Shown in pieces: positions 31,495 through 40,857 of a DNA stretch of 64,000 nucleotides. The stretch comes from a virus. The stretch is taken from positions 31,560 to 95,559 of the IMG/VR virus record IMGVR_UViG_3300023106_000002, one strand, 5' to 3'. Positions within the stretch are counted from its first letter, which is position 1. Each line of letters begins with the position of its first letter. Under the pieces are notes generated by a model. The model had not been told where the DNA came from. It made no database searches and saw only the letters and a program-made list of their open reading frames with translations. The position numbers and the translations under genes are program-made.

Positions 31495-32525
31495 GTGTTT
31501 TGATTTAGGAATTGTTGTAATACAGGTTGTCCTTTCTTTAAGTATAAATCTGATGGATCACTTATTCCCTTAGGATTAAGTTCTTCAGGCAACCATAAAG
31601 ATGTTGCCTTATCACGAAAGTGATTGTTTATAATAGGAACAAGTTTTTCAGAAGATGCGATACCTTGAGTATCATTATCATACCATACAATGACTTTACG
31701 AAAGCCTTTCACTATATTCATAAGTAAAGCTTCTGAAGGAATCATCCCTTCATTCTGAAGGTAGATTGCATACTTTCCATGATTAGTAAGTACTCTCCAA
31801 TCTTTGTATGATTTAGTAATGATTAGCTGATGACCAAATGGTGGTAACAAATGTAATCCGCCTATGTCATCTTTACGACATGTTGTGACGAATCTTCCCT
31901 TACCTTTTCGATGCGGAAAATAAATCTTTTTCCTCCCATCTTCATAATTTGTATCAGCATACGCAATATCATATACTCTGCTAGCTGTGTTCCCGTTCTT
32001 TCCATCTACTATATAGAACTTACTTACTGCAAATTGCTTATCATCAATTAAGTTCTGTTTACTTATACCATAACTTCTCCAAAACTTAGCATCTTGGAAT
32101 GTAAATGCTCGTGAATCAAAGTTAAGTGTGGCATACTTTCTTTCAATAGACTCTAACTTAAAAACTCCCTTAGTCTTTATCTTGTTCTTGATAAGTCTCT
32201 CGTAGACAAATTCAAGGGTTTGATAAAAATTAGGGAGTTTAAAGTAAAGTTTAACAGCATCAAAGCAGTCAAGTGGCTTATTATGTAATTGCTTACTTCC
32301 GTAATCAACAAACCTTAGCTTACCTGTAAAAGATGTAGTTCTTTCAAACCAACATCCTGCTCTGTTATCTGTTCTAAAAGGTGATGTAACGTAAACATAT
32401 TCAACTGGTTGATAACCAAACACCAATTCAAAAATCTCTTCTTGCGTAATGTACGCTAAGATTGCTTCCTGACTGATAAAACCTGTTCTATCTTGTGAAT
32501 CATCTTCGTATAGATTATGCTTCAT
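31491..32525 (-). CDS. DNA primase (TOPRIM)
   Basis: SPFRTD, IITKSYKD, WYDND, SDPSD. Confidence 0.85.
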   Translation of the reverse strand: MKHNLYEDDSQDRTGFISQEAILAYITQEEIFELVFGYQPVEYVYVTSPFRTDNRAGCWFERTTSFTGKLRFVDYGSKQLHNKPLDCFDAVKLYFKLPNFYQTLEFVYERLIKNKIKTKGVFKLESIERKYATLNFDSRAFTFQDAKFWRSYGISKQNLIDDKQFAVSKFYIVDGKNGNTASRVYDIAYADTNYEDGRKKIYFPHRKGKGRFVTTCRKDDIGGLHLLPPFGHQLIITKSYKDWRVLTNHGKYAIYLQNEGMIPSEALLMNIVKGFRKVIVWYDNDTQGIASSEKLVPIINNHFRDKATSLWLPEELNPKGISDPSDLYLKKGQPVLQQFLNQNT

Positions 32526-32550
32526 AAGTAAAAAGGTTTCGTTTAATTAA

Positions 32551-33324
32551 TTACCAAGTACCTGTTTGTGCAGTACCTGTTCCTGCATTTGGTGCAAGTC
32601 CTGCTGCTGCATTTAATTGTGAAGCAGCATCAGTTTTACCTGCTTCTTGCAGTTTTGCTTTAGCGCTTTCCATAAAGTCTTTGCTTCTTGTGAAAGGGTG
32701 AATAGCACCTGTCTCGTTTTTGTATTGAAGTTTACCTTCAACGATGTCTTCTGTCCATGTTCCAGCTTGTGCAGGACATACAAAATAACCACCTTTCATG
32801 TTACGAGGTACTTGCAAGAATGTTCTGTCTTGACCATCTGCAATCTCCCATTGATACTCAAGAAACAAATCAAGGTTTTTACTTCTTGCTCCACTAGGAA
32901 TAAGACCAATCAAACCATTGATAAATGCTGCAAAAGATTCTACAGGAGTTCCGAATTGTGCTTTCAATTGCTCTTCTGTTACACCAACTGCTTTCAAGAT
33001 GTGTACAATAACAGCATTTTTCTGCTTAACTTCTTTGTTGAAGCCTTCGATGTATTCTTTTGAAGTGAGATCTGTAATTTCAGCACCTTTAGCAGTATAT
33101 ACCTTAGTAACAGGATACACTCTTAGGTTGAATTCCTTACCATCACTTTTGAATGCTACATCAAGTGCATCACCAGCAGAGTTATTTGATCCTGCATTTG
33201 GATTAAGTTCAAACTTATCCAAGTTCACGTTTTGGTTTAGACCAAATTTACCACCTGCTTTACTTTGTAATGATTCATCTCTATCATCGATGTAACCATA
33301 ACCCATCTTTTGGATGTCTGCCAT
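32551..33324 (-). CDS. Putative single-stranded DNA-binding protein
   Basis: Position between the AAA recombinase-like gene and primase; beta-rich with flexible tail ending in an aromatic residue. Confidence 0.45.
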   Translation of the reverse strand: MADIQKMGYGYIDDRDESLQSKAGGKFGLNQNVNLDKFELNPNAGSNNSAGDALDVAFKSDGKEFNLRVYPVTKVYTAKGAEITDLTSKEYIEGFNKEVKQKNAVIVHILKAVGVTEEQLKAQFGTPVESFAAFINGLIGLIPSGARSKNLDLFLEYQWEIADGQDRTFLQVPRNMKGGYFVCPAQAGTWTEDIVEGKLQYKNETGAIHPFTRSKDFMESAKAKLQEAGKTDAASQLNAAAGLAPNAGTGTAQTGTW

Positions 33325-33355
33325 AATATATAAGAATTGTGTTAATGAATTAAGA

Positions 33356-33391
33356 TAATAAAGGCGGTGAAATTTCTCTCACCGCCTTTTT
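33356..33391. terminator. Intrinsic terminator
   Basis: AAAGGCGGTGA/TCACCGCCTTT stem. Confidence 0.8.
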
Positions 33392-33412
33392 AAGTTTTAA
33401 TCAATGTTTGGA

Positions 33413-33790
33413 TTATCTCCACTCATCGTTGTTAGTTGCTGGTGCAGCTTGTGCTTGTTCAGCAGCAGGAGCATTTGTTGATACCCCTTCATTTGAAGCA
33501 GCAAGTTCTGCACCATTTGTTTCACCTACACTTTCTGTAGATGCAGCAGCTTCTTGTACTGGTTCTTCTACCAATACTGCACCACCATCACGGTCATCAA
33601 TGAAGTCGAAGTTTGAAGCACCCATTGCTTTACGGTTTTTCAATGCTGGATGACTCCATACTTTACGTTTCATTGCAGCTTGTGAAACACCAAAGTGTTC
33701 TGCGATTGCTTTACGATCTTTTCCATCTGCAAGCAATTGTTGTACTGCTGTTAATGTAATAACTGGTGCGGTTTTGTTCTCTGTTGACAT
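33413..33790 (-). CDS. HTH-domain protein with acidic disordered tail
   Basis: LLADGKDRKAIAEHFGVSQAAMKR. Confidence 0.65.
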   Translation of the reverse strand: MSTENKTAPVITLTAVQQLLADGKDRKAIAEHFGVSQAAMKRKVWSHPALKNRKAMGASNFDFIDDRDGGAVLVEEPVQEAAASTESVGETNGAELAASNEGVSTNAPAAEQAQAAPATNNDEWR

Positions 33791-33809
33791 AACTAATGTG
33801 TTTTAAATG

Positions 33810-34019
33810 TTATTTTTTAGGGAATCCTTTTTCAAGTTCTTCTGCTTGTTTGGCTAACTCCTCATTTTCCAATTCATCCGCTGTTTTTTCTCGTGGTTGT
33901 TTTCCTTTCACGAAGATTACATAGCAAAGATATACAATTACTATCAATCCTGCAAGTAAACTGATGAAAAAAATCCAAAAATTCTCCATCAACCATGAGT
34001 TTATGTTTACGTTCTCCAT
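33810..34019 (-). CDS. Small single-pass membrane protein
   Basis: One TM helix, charged tail. Confidence 0.6.
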   Translation of the reverse strand: MENVNINSWLMENFWIFFISLLAGLIVIVYLCYVIFVKGKQPREKTADELENEELAKQAEELEKGFPKK

Positions 34020-34024
34020 AACTT

Positions 34025-34708
34025 TTAAAATTCTAATAGTTTCTGAACGATAAGACCATAATCGTTCTCAATTTTAGGTTCAAATAAACCTTGTGGACTC
34101 CTCGCTGTATTGAAACCATTATTCTGTGTTTCGAGGATATATTTGATTCCATCAGAATCTTTTTCAACTGCGCTGTAGAAAACTGATTCTAATTTACCTT
34201 CAAGCTGCATCTTTGTAGCCATGTTACCAAGTACTTTGAGACGTTGCATTGTTTCGTTACCTGATTTGAATGTTTCAACATGTCCTGTAAGAAAAGCAAA
34301 ACGTTGTTCTTCAAAGTTACCATTGTTGATACCTTTGACTAACATATCAGTAACTGTTTTGTAATCATGTGGTACAGTATGGAAAGGAAAACGAGGTGCT
34401 ACCTTAGTTCCATACTCTGCTTTACCACCAATCCATACAGGATTCTTGTTATCAGCATTGAACCATAAGTTAGTATTAGGTTCTAATGTTCTCATACCAC
34501 TTGATTTACCAGTTCCCGGCTCTCCTAGTATAAGTACTAACTCAAATCCTAATCCTGATAGATCTCCCATAAAGGTATAAATATCTTGACCGTAATCTTT
34601 CCACTTGTCGTGTCCAGGTTTCTTGCGATCACGCATGTATTGCTCATTCTGAATTCCAGTCAGAGTATCTACACAAATACTCCTAATCTTCTTTTGCTGG
34701 TCTGACAT
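34025..34708 (-). CDS. AAA_24/Sak4-like ATPase with rearranged motif order
   Basis: LILGEPGTGKSS, GHVE, LEGKLESV, TARSPQGLF. Walker-B-like SICVDTL lies N-terminal to Walker A. Confidence 0.8.
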   Translation of the reverse strand: MSDQQKKIRSICVDTLTGIQNEQYMRDRKKPGHDKWKDYGQDIYTFMGDLSGLGFELVLILGEPGTGKSSGMRTLEPNTNLWFNADNKNPVWIGGKAEYGTKVAPRFPFHTVPHDYKTVTDMLVKGINNGNFEEQRFAFLTGHVETFKSGNETMQRLKVLGNMATKMQLEGKLESVFYSAVEKDSDGIKYILETQNNGFNTARSPQGLFEPKIENDYGLIVQKLLEF

Positions 34709-34714
34709 AATTTA

Positions 34715-34888
34715 TTAGATTTTAATTTTGTTCCATATTTTATCAAAATCTTCAAGTACTTTATCAACATCGAGTTTAGCTGTATTGTTAGGCTTGTTTA
34801 CTCTTTGTGCCATGAAGCATTCTCTTAATACAGAAACTTTCTCTCTTAAGATTTGAATCTGCTGATCTCTATTTAAATCTCCTTCCAT
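34715..34888 (-). CDS. Small hypothetical protein (57 aa, not in ORF track)
   Basis: MEGDLNRDQQ...IWNKIKI fills the gap between the helicase and AAA genes. Confidence 0.6.
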   Translation of the reverse strand: MEGDLNRDQQIQILREKVSVLRECFMAQRVNKPNNTAKLDVDKVLEDFDKIWNKIKI

Positions 34889-34895
34889 GATAATC

Positions 34896-36107
34896 TTATT
34901 TTAGTGTTAAATGTTCAAATTTCTTTATCGCACCATACATGTTTACAGCAAAGTGCTGTGGATATGGTCCATGTCTGTTCTCTACAAGATGAATACTACG
35001 ATAGTTTGGATAAAGTAGATTGTTATGAATGTCTTTGATACGTTTACCAAAATGTTTAGGTAAGTTATATCTATCATCATTTGGATTAAAGATAGTAAAC
35101 ATGTAATCGCAATCTTCTGCTAAGTTACCAGTTTCTTTAACATCATCTGAATTAGGATACAACATATCATCTTGGTGTTTCATTCTTGATATATCTGTCA
35201 TACTTCTATTAAGGTGTATAATTTGTATAAAAGTAAATTTGAAGATGTTCTTCAACTCTACACAATATTCTGAATATTTGTCTACAGTTTGTTTCAAAGT
35301 GAATCCTTGCTCTGTAACAAGTTTTCTCAAGTGGTCAGTAACAACAAATACAATTTTATCGGGATTGTTAGGAATGTAACTCCTAATCTTCTCATGTACT
35401 TTATTATCCTTACCTACAAACTTATCGTAAATAATAGTTCCATTCTTACTTGCGTAATCAATTAGCCATTTTCTAATCCCTGTTGGATTCTCTCTCACAT
35501 CAAGGAATGTAATACATCCTTTCTTCTCAAGATTACCAAGACTATCATACTGACCAAACAATGGAATAATTCGATTATTGTAAACTTCTCGTATTTTTTC
35601 AACAATTGTTGCTTTCACTTTGATAAGTTTACCGTTATCATCCTCAAGTTTTCCTCTTAGATAATCAGCACTTAGTGGTACTATCTTTTCCTTTTCAAAA
35701 GTAACGCCTTCATCGAGAGCAATTGTTTCAATACCGTAATCACTATTTAAGAAGTGAGCCACGAAATCAAATTCCTTACTCACTCTGTCAATTTCATACG
35801 AGTTATAGATGATCTCAAAATCAATGTGATTGATACCATATTGTTCTCGAATCTGTTCAACAGTAAGTCCTGAATCAATATACTCTTGATAGACTAAGTT
35901 ATTAGCAAGTACATATAAGAAAGGAGCAATAACAAATCCAACATCAACAAAGGTACTCTTACCTCCTTTAGGAGCAGCAGCAACAACATACATCATCGCT
36001 CTTTGCAAACCGCGTATCTTCTTTGAAATAGCTTTAAGTCCTGCACCCATTGGTAAACCAATATTAGTACCTTGTTGTCCTTTTTGAAATGCGGTTATTA
36101 AGTTCAT
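34896..36107 (-). CDS. DnaB-like replicative helicase (SF4)
   Basis: AAPKGGKST, VVTDHL, IIHLNR, DVKETGNLAEDCD, ENRHG. Confidence 0.85.
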   Translation of the reverse strand: MNLITAFQKGQQGTNIGLPMGAGLKAISKKIRGLQRAMMYVVAAAPKGGKSTFVDVGFVIAPFLYVLANNLVYQEYIDSGLTVEQIREQYGINHIDFEIIYNSYEIDRVSKEFDFVAHFLNSDYGIETIALDEGVTFEKEKIVPLSADYLRGKLEDDNGKLIKVKATIVEKIREVYNNRIIPLFGQYDSLGNLEKKGCITFLDVRENPTGIRKWLIDYASKNGTIIYDKFVGKDNKVHEKIRSYIPNNPDKIVFVVTDHLRKLVTEQGFTLKQTVDKYSEYCVELKNIFKFTFIQIIHLNRSMTDISRMKHQDDMLYPNSDDVKETGNLAEDCDYMFTIFNPNDDRYNLPKHFGKRIKDIHNNLLYPNYRSIHLVENRHGPYPQHFAVNMYGAIKKFEHLTLK

Positions 36108-36652
36108 TATTGCATGGTATTTTGTACGCTTGTTCTTCCTTGTACTTCTTCTTTAGCTTCTCTAAGCCTCCCTACCCAATCTAAAAGAGCAGATGTTTTA
36201 TCACTACCTACTCCTTTTGCGATGAAGTATTTCGCAGTAATAAGATATGTTGAATTGTTTACTGTTTTAATATACATTTCAGTAGCTTGCATCACTTCTT
36301 CCTTAGTAATAAACATGTTAATGTTCATCATAAAAAACTTTTTCATGCGTGAAACGGTTTCTTTAAGGTTTCCTGCTTTCTTTTTATCAAGTCTGTAAAA
36401 CATTTGCAACCAATCTTTCACCCACTCAAATCCTTCTACTTCAATGTTCTCCTCAAATAGAGGAATCATCCATTTTATAGTATGAGTATCATCAAGTTTC
36501 AAGATACCTGTTCGATTAATCTTTTCAACAAGTGCAAATGGTGTATAAGATGGTCTTACATCATGAAATACAGAAAGAAGATATGATAACCCATCATCAA
36601 TGGGAATATTAAAGTTCCTTAGAACTTCTTTGATTTCTTCGTTTATTGTCAT
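36107..36652 (-). CDS. Conserved protein upstream of DnaB (possible loader/replisome organiser)
   Basis: Coupled to the helicase; RMKKFF...EEVMQATEMY...YFI pattern. Confidence 0.5.
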   Translation of the reverse strand: MTINEEIKEVLRNFNIPIDDGLSYLLSVFHDVRPSYTPFALVEKINRTGILKLDDTHTIKWMIPLFEENIEVEGFEWVKDWLQMFYRLDKKKAGNLKETVSRMKKFFMMNINMFITKEEVMQATEMYIKTVNNSTYLITAKYFIAKGVGSDKTSALLDWVGRLREAKEEVQGRTSVQNTMQ

Positions 36653-36855
36653 AGTTCTGTAATAATATTAGTCCAGTTTTCGAAAAATTTAAGCATGTTC
36701 TCATACTCACAGTTCATATTAGAATATGTGCATGATTCAATACGAATTCTCTTCCTTGCTCTTGTTGATAAAATAGAAATTGTTAAATGATAGTCTTTAC
36801 CTTTTACAAATCCTAATGATCCATCTTCTCCTTTAAAACATGCTTTTATTTTCAT
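36649..36855 (-). CDS. Hypothetical protein
   Basis: 68 aa, overlapping start/stop codons. Confidence 0.6.
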   Translation of the reverse strand: MKIKACFKGEDGSLGFVKGKDYHLTISILSTRARKRIRIESCTYSNMNCEYENMLKFFENWTNIITEL

Positions 36856-38117
36856 ACAAATTGTTTTTGCAGTTCTGAGTACTCGAAGTACTCGATTTTA
36901 CTTTGGTCAAGGTTCTCTGTTGCTGACTTCAACCATATCTCATCTTGTGTACCTCTAGCAACAATAATCCAAACATCATTCTCATGTCCTGGTCTAAAGC
37001 GAATACCTCTACCAATTCTTTGTAGTAAATTCTTATCTCCTGCTTGTATCTGCCAAAGTACCATACTATCAATGCCCTCAAAATTGTGACCTTCATTGAT
37101 ACTGTTCACACAAGATAATCTGTTAAGATCTCCTCTTTTGAATGCATTGTAATCTACATCTTTAGTCTTTGAATGAAAACGATGAGAACATACTGCTTCA
37201 GCTTGTTCAATTGAACCGCAAAAGAGTAAAGTTCTATCTGTTTCAGGTATCAGATTATGAAGAATGTTTCTTCCTGCTGCTGTTTTGGAAGGAAGATTAT
37301 AAATGAATCGCATTCGCATCATAGTTGTTGCTTGTTTCGCATAACCAAGTTGCTCTTTTTCATCTTTCCACTTCTTATCCAACCATTCATACTTCTTCTT
37401 TTCAGATTGATAGAATGGATTAGCTTTGTTGCCTGAAAGTATGTTGTTTTCAGTACCAAGTTCTGTAAATACCACATTGATTTTATAAGGAGCAACAAAT
37501 CCAAGCTTTACAGCGTCATCAAGTGTAAGTTCATATACAACTTTGCAACCTATAGTTTCAAGAAGTTTAAGTTTACCTTCATCTTTTGGTACAGTTGCAG
37601 TTAAAGCGATAATGTTGTTTATACCATTAAGATTAAAGAAAGTTGCTGACAATTCAGTAATGTTATGACACTCATCGAGAATGGCTGTATTAATAGAGCC
37701 AATTCTTTCTTTTGATGCAGAAGCATAGCATAAACGATTTGTACCTTCATAAAGACTTTCAGCATTCCATTTTTTAAACTCTTCATGCCAATTTTCATCA
37801 CGAAGTTTTTCAGTAGGTACTATAAGAGCATTAGGTAAAAAATTTGATTCTCTGTAAAAGGAAACTAAATCAATTGCCACTTTGCTTTTACCACTACCTG
37901 TAGCCATAGCAACAAGTCCTTTTCCTCCGTTATCAATTACTGCCCACTTTGCTTCTCGTTGTACACGTTCTCTAACAGCATTGACAAACCATATCAGAAG
38001 TTCTTCATCTTCGATATTTAATCGAATATTCTCTACTTCATCAACTACAGTCAATATTGATTTGTTAAGTGTAGTAAGTAAAGAGAGTTGTTCTCTAAGT
38101 TCTTCTTTTGTTTTCAT
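36852..38117 (-). CDS. SF2 DExH helicase
   Basis: MATGSGKS, DECH, LTAT, NEGHN, QRIGRGIR. Confidence 0.92.
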   Translation of the reverse strand: MKTKEELREQLSLLTTLNKSILTVVDEVENIRLNIEDEELLIWFVNAVRERVQREAKWAVIDNGGKGLVAMATGSGKSKVAIDLVSFYRESNFLPNALIVPTEKLRDENWHEEFKKWNAESLYEGTNRLCYASASKERIGSINTAILDECHNITELSATFFNLNGINNIIALTATVPKDEGKLKLLETIGCKVVYELTLDDAVKLGFVAPYKINVVFTELGTENNILSGNKANPFYQSEKKKYEWLDKKWKDEKEQLGYAKQATTMMRMRFIYNLPSKTAAGRNILHNLIPETDRTLLFCGSIEQAEAVCSHRFHSKTKDVDYNAFKRGDLNRLSCVNSINEGHNFEGIDSMVLWQIQAGDKNLLQRIGRGIRFRPGHENDVWIIVARGTQDEIWLKSATENLDQSKIEYFEYSELQKQFV

Positions 38118-38398
38118 GCTAAATAAAGTTTTGTGTATTGGACACAGATTAAAATTCCTTCAACCTTTTTATGTTGAAACTCTTCGGGTAAATTATCTTT
38201 ACATTCCTGTAAAAATGGATTTGCTTTGTTGTTGATTAAATGCACTGGTATTGTGCCAAATGCATAAACTTGATTGATGATTGCTTCATAAGGCATTGGC
38301 ATAGGATCATCAGGTTCTTCATCAAATACTACTAATGATGGCATGATTGTAAAATCAAATATCGGTTTCGTCACTTTTACTGGTATCAATTTCTTCAT
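38114..38398 (-). CDS. Hypothetical protein
   Basis: Probable start MKKLIPVK at 38398. Confidence 0.5.
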   Translation of the reverse strand: MKKLIPVKVTKPIFDFTIMPSLVVFDEEPDDPMPMPYEAIINQVYAFGTIPVHLINNKANPFLQECKDNLPEEFQHKKVEGILICVQYTKLYLA

Positions 38399-40511
38399 GG
38401 TTTTCAATTGCATTAATAATTTTTAATGTTTCTCCTATGTAATGAGGATAATATATAAGTTCTCTGATTTCTTCATCAGGTATCATTTGATTTATTGAAG
38501 TACATAACCAACCTTTTTCGACATTCAAATATCGAATACAGCTAAGTTTTGCATCTCTATCAAGTTCTACTAAATCAAGATCAGGATTAGCATCTAATGC
38601 TTTTTTCTTATAACTATCTAATGTTTTCTGAAGTGGTGGCATTTGTTTGATGAGAGTTACACCAGTTCCATGATAATCGATTAACTTAGTCTCTTTATTA
38701 GGAACAGCTTCACCACTTATCACATAACGATTAATTCTCTGCTGCTCAGATTCGCCAATAATCATTCCTTGCTGGTTCGAGATTCGCTCCAAAAGCTTAT
38801 CACTCTTATTGATTTTTGTCCTTTTACAGAAATCATGATAATCAGTATGACTTCTTATAAACTCTTCAACAGGTTTACCATATACAAAGTAAGCTTCTAA
38901 TGCTTTTGCAATGATTAATGATGAAAAGTCTTTATGTAGTTCAAGTTCTCCTGGCTCTGCTTTATAAATGAATGCATCTCCTTTGCGTTTTACATAACCA
39001 TCAGGTTTTACTGCAATGTAATTGTTAACATTTGCAATAATCATCTTATCATAAAAAGCTTCTTCAAGAATAAGTCCTGTTAAAGCTTCCCATCTCCTGC
39101 ATATACTTCTGAATAAATCTAACTCATCTTTTCTAATTTCAATAGTCATACCATCAGTATTTATCTGTAGCATTCTATGATTAGTAAGTTCTATTGTTAG
39201 AGTTTCAGCAAGCATACATAAAAGTAATTGACCATTGACACATGTTTGTACTACGTATTGAGTATCACATAATGGACTAAATTCACTTCCTCCTTTACCA
39301 TACGTTCCATTACCAGCAAGTTTCAGTGACAGATTCTCAGCAGTTTTCTTTGCATACATTGATCTTTCATCTTTGATTTCAGCATGAACTTCTGAATAAA
39401 CACCTTTTAGATGTTCAGGTTCAAACTTGTAAAGTACTGACATAGAAGGATAATATCCCGCTACATCAATATCAATAATCAAAGTCTTTTCAGTTGGAGT
39501 GTAAACTCCTGAAGTAATTGAACCATGTATTCCACCAACACCAAACTTATATTGAAATCCTTTGTAAATAATATTAAGTGATTGTTCACGTAAAGGAATT
39601 CCTTTCTTACTTGTTTTAATATAAGTATAAGGTACAAGTGGTTGAATAGCTTCCATTGGAAGTCCACCAAATACACCTGCAATTTCCGTGATAACTTTAC
39701 TTTTGAACCAAGATTCAATACGTTTGAAAGGTTCTTCACGAAATGAAATAAATGGTAGAATAATACTACCAATATCAATGCTTTCTCGTTTTGTATTCCT
39801 AACTACTTTACGTGTACCACCTGATTCTTTCTCTACTAAGTCATAGACTAAGTGTTGTCCTCCCTTTGCTATAATCTTACTAATAAAGATATGCTCACCA
39901 ACCTTTACATCATTGAAGTTTGTAAAATCAATACCATATTTAGGAGTGAGTATTTCTCTAAGTTCAATAGCAGGAAGAGTTTTATGAAAGAGTTTTTCAG
40001 TTGCATCACAGTCATTATGACAGTAATCAATAACTTCTAATTGCTGTTCACGAGTAAGAAAGGTTCCAACTGGATGAGGAAGTTCTCGAATATTGTTCAA
40101 TTTTAGATTGAATTCAAGTAACTTTAAGGAAGTCATTTTTGCCTTGTTATCGAAGTGATTAATCTTTAAGAGATCATGCTGCCTTCGTAACGATTCTTTC
40201 TGTTGAAAGAAACCTTTTGAGTTAATTCGTTTGTCACCAAACTTAAATAATGCAGCAGTAACTTTACTACCTCTCAAGTTCATGCATTTTGTAACTAGAT
40301 AACTGATTACTGGATCATCATAAAAGAGATTGTTATACCCTATCATGTTTCCAACTTTATCTCTTAACCATATTACAAATGGTATTCTTTCATCAATAGT
40401 TTCGCTTATTTCAAATTTATAACGCTGTCCTGTAAAGGGGTTCTTTGCACATATCAACCAAAAGTTAGGATAGCTTTCAGTATCATATATGTATGCTGTT
40501 TCCTTATCCAT
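38355..40511 (-). CDS. Family B DNA polymerase with 3'-5' exonuclease
   Basis: Exo YDTE, GYNNLFYD, YCHND; pol DVAGYYPS, LKLAGNGTYGK, INTDG. Confidence 0.93.
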   Translation of the reverse strand: MDKETAYIYDTESYPNFWLICAKNPFTGQRYKFEISETIDERIPFVIWLRDKVGNMIGYNNLFYDDPVISYLVTKCMNLRGSKVTAALFKFGDKRINSKGFFQQKESLRRQHDLLKINHFDNKAKMTSLKLLEFNLKLNNIRELPHPVGTFLTREQQLEVIDYCHNDCDATEKLFHKTLPAIELREILTPKYGIDFTNFNDVKVGEHIFISKIIAKGGQHLVYDLVEKESGGTRKVVRNTKRESIDIGSIILPFISFREEPFKRIESWFKSKVITEIAGVFGGLPMEAIQPLVPYTYIKTSKKGIPLREQSLNIIYKGFQYKFGVGGIHGSITSGVYTPTEKTLIIDIDVAGYYPSMSVLYKFEPEHLKGVYSEVHAEIKDERSMYAKKTAENLSLKLAGNGTYGKGGSEFSPLCDTQYVVQTCVNGQLLLCMLAETLTIELTNHRMLQINTDGMTIEIRKDELDLFRSICRRWEALTGLILEEAFYDKMIIANVNNYIAVKPDGYVKRKGDAFIYKAEPGELELHKDFSSLIIAKALEAYFVYGKPVEEFIRSHTDYHDFCKRTKINKSDKLLERISNQQGMIIGESEQQRINRYVISGEAVPNKETKLIDYHGTGVTLIKQMPPLQKTLDSYKKKALDANPDLDLVELDRDAKLSCIRYLNVEKGWLCTSINQMIPDEEIRELIYYPHYIGETLKIINAIENHEEIDTSKSDETDI

Positions 40512-40542
40512 ATCATTGATTGCTGGTTAAAAATTGGGTTTT

Positions 40543-40552
40543 CAAATATACG
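40543..40552 (-). promoter_or_regulatory. Bacteroidota sigma-70 -7 element upstream of DNA polymerase
   Basis: Minus strand cgTATATTTG, 32 nt before the ATG; no clear -33 element. Confidence 0.55.
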
Positions 40553-40583
40553 AAAAATTGTAATAGCTTTTTAAGAAAATCGA

Positions 40584-40853
40584 TTATTTATTAATTTCGA
40601 TCTTAGAAATCACAATGTTATTGAACATCCTATCACCTTTTATCGATCCTGCCCATCTGAAATAGATAGTAACTAAATCTCCTTCATTAAGTTCTACCTT
40701 TATTCGCTTTCTGTTTTCAAAGAATGCAATTTGACCATCAGCTTTCTCTACACCAATAGTGCTCTTTCTGAAGGGAGTCTTATTGGGTCTTTCAATAGTT
40801 ACAGGTTCTCCAATATGAATTACTTTACCTTCAAATTTGTCTTCGTTTGTCAT
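40584..40853 (-). CDS. DUF3127-like small OB-fold protein
   Basis: FEGKVIHIGE...FRK...LNEGDLVTIYF...G...FNNI. Confidence 0.7.
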   Translation of the reverse strand: MTNEDKFEGKVIHIGEPVTIERPNKTPFRKSTIGVEKADGQIAFFENRKRIKVELNEGDLVTIYFRWAGSIKGDRMFNNIVISKIEINK

Positions 40854-40857
40854 GTTT

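Noticed and set aside
38355-40511. Intein or intron in DNA polymerase or helicases
   Set aside because: Lengths are ordinary, motifs are contiguous, and no intein termini or homing endonuclease motifs are seen.
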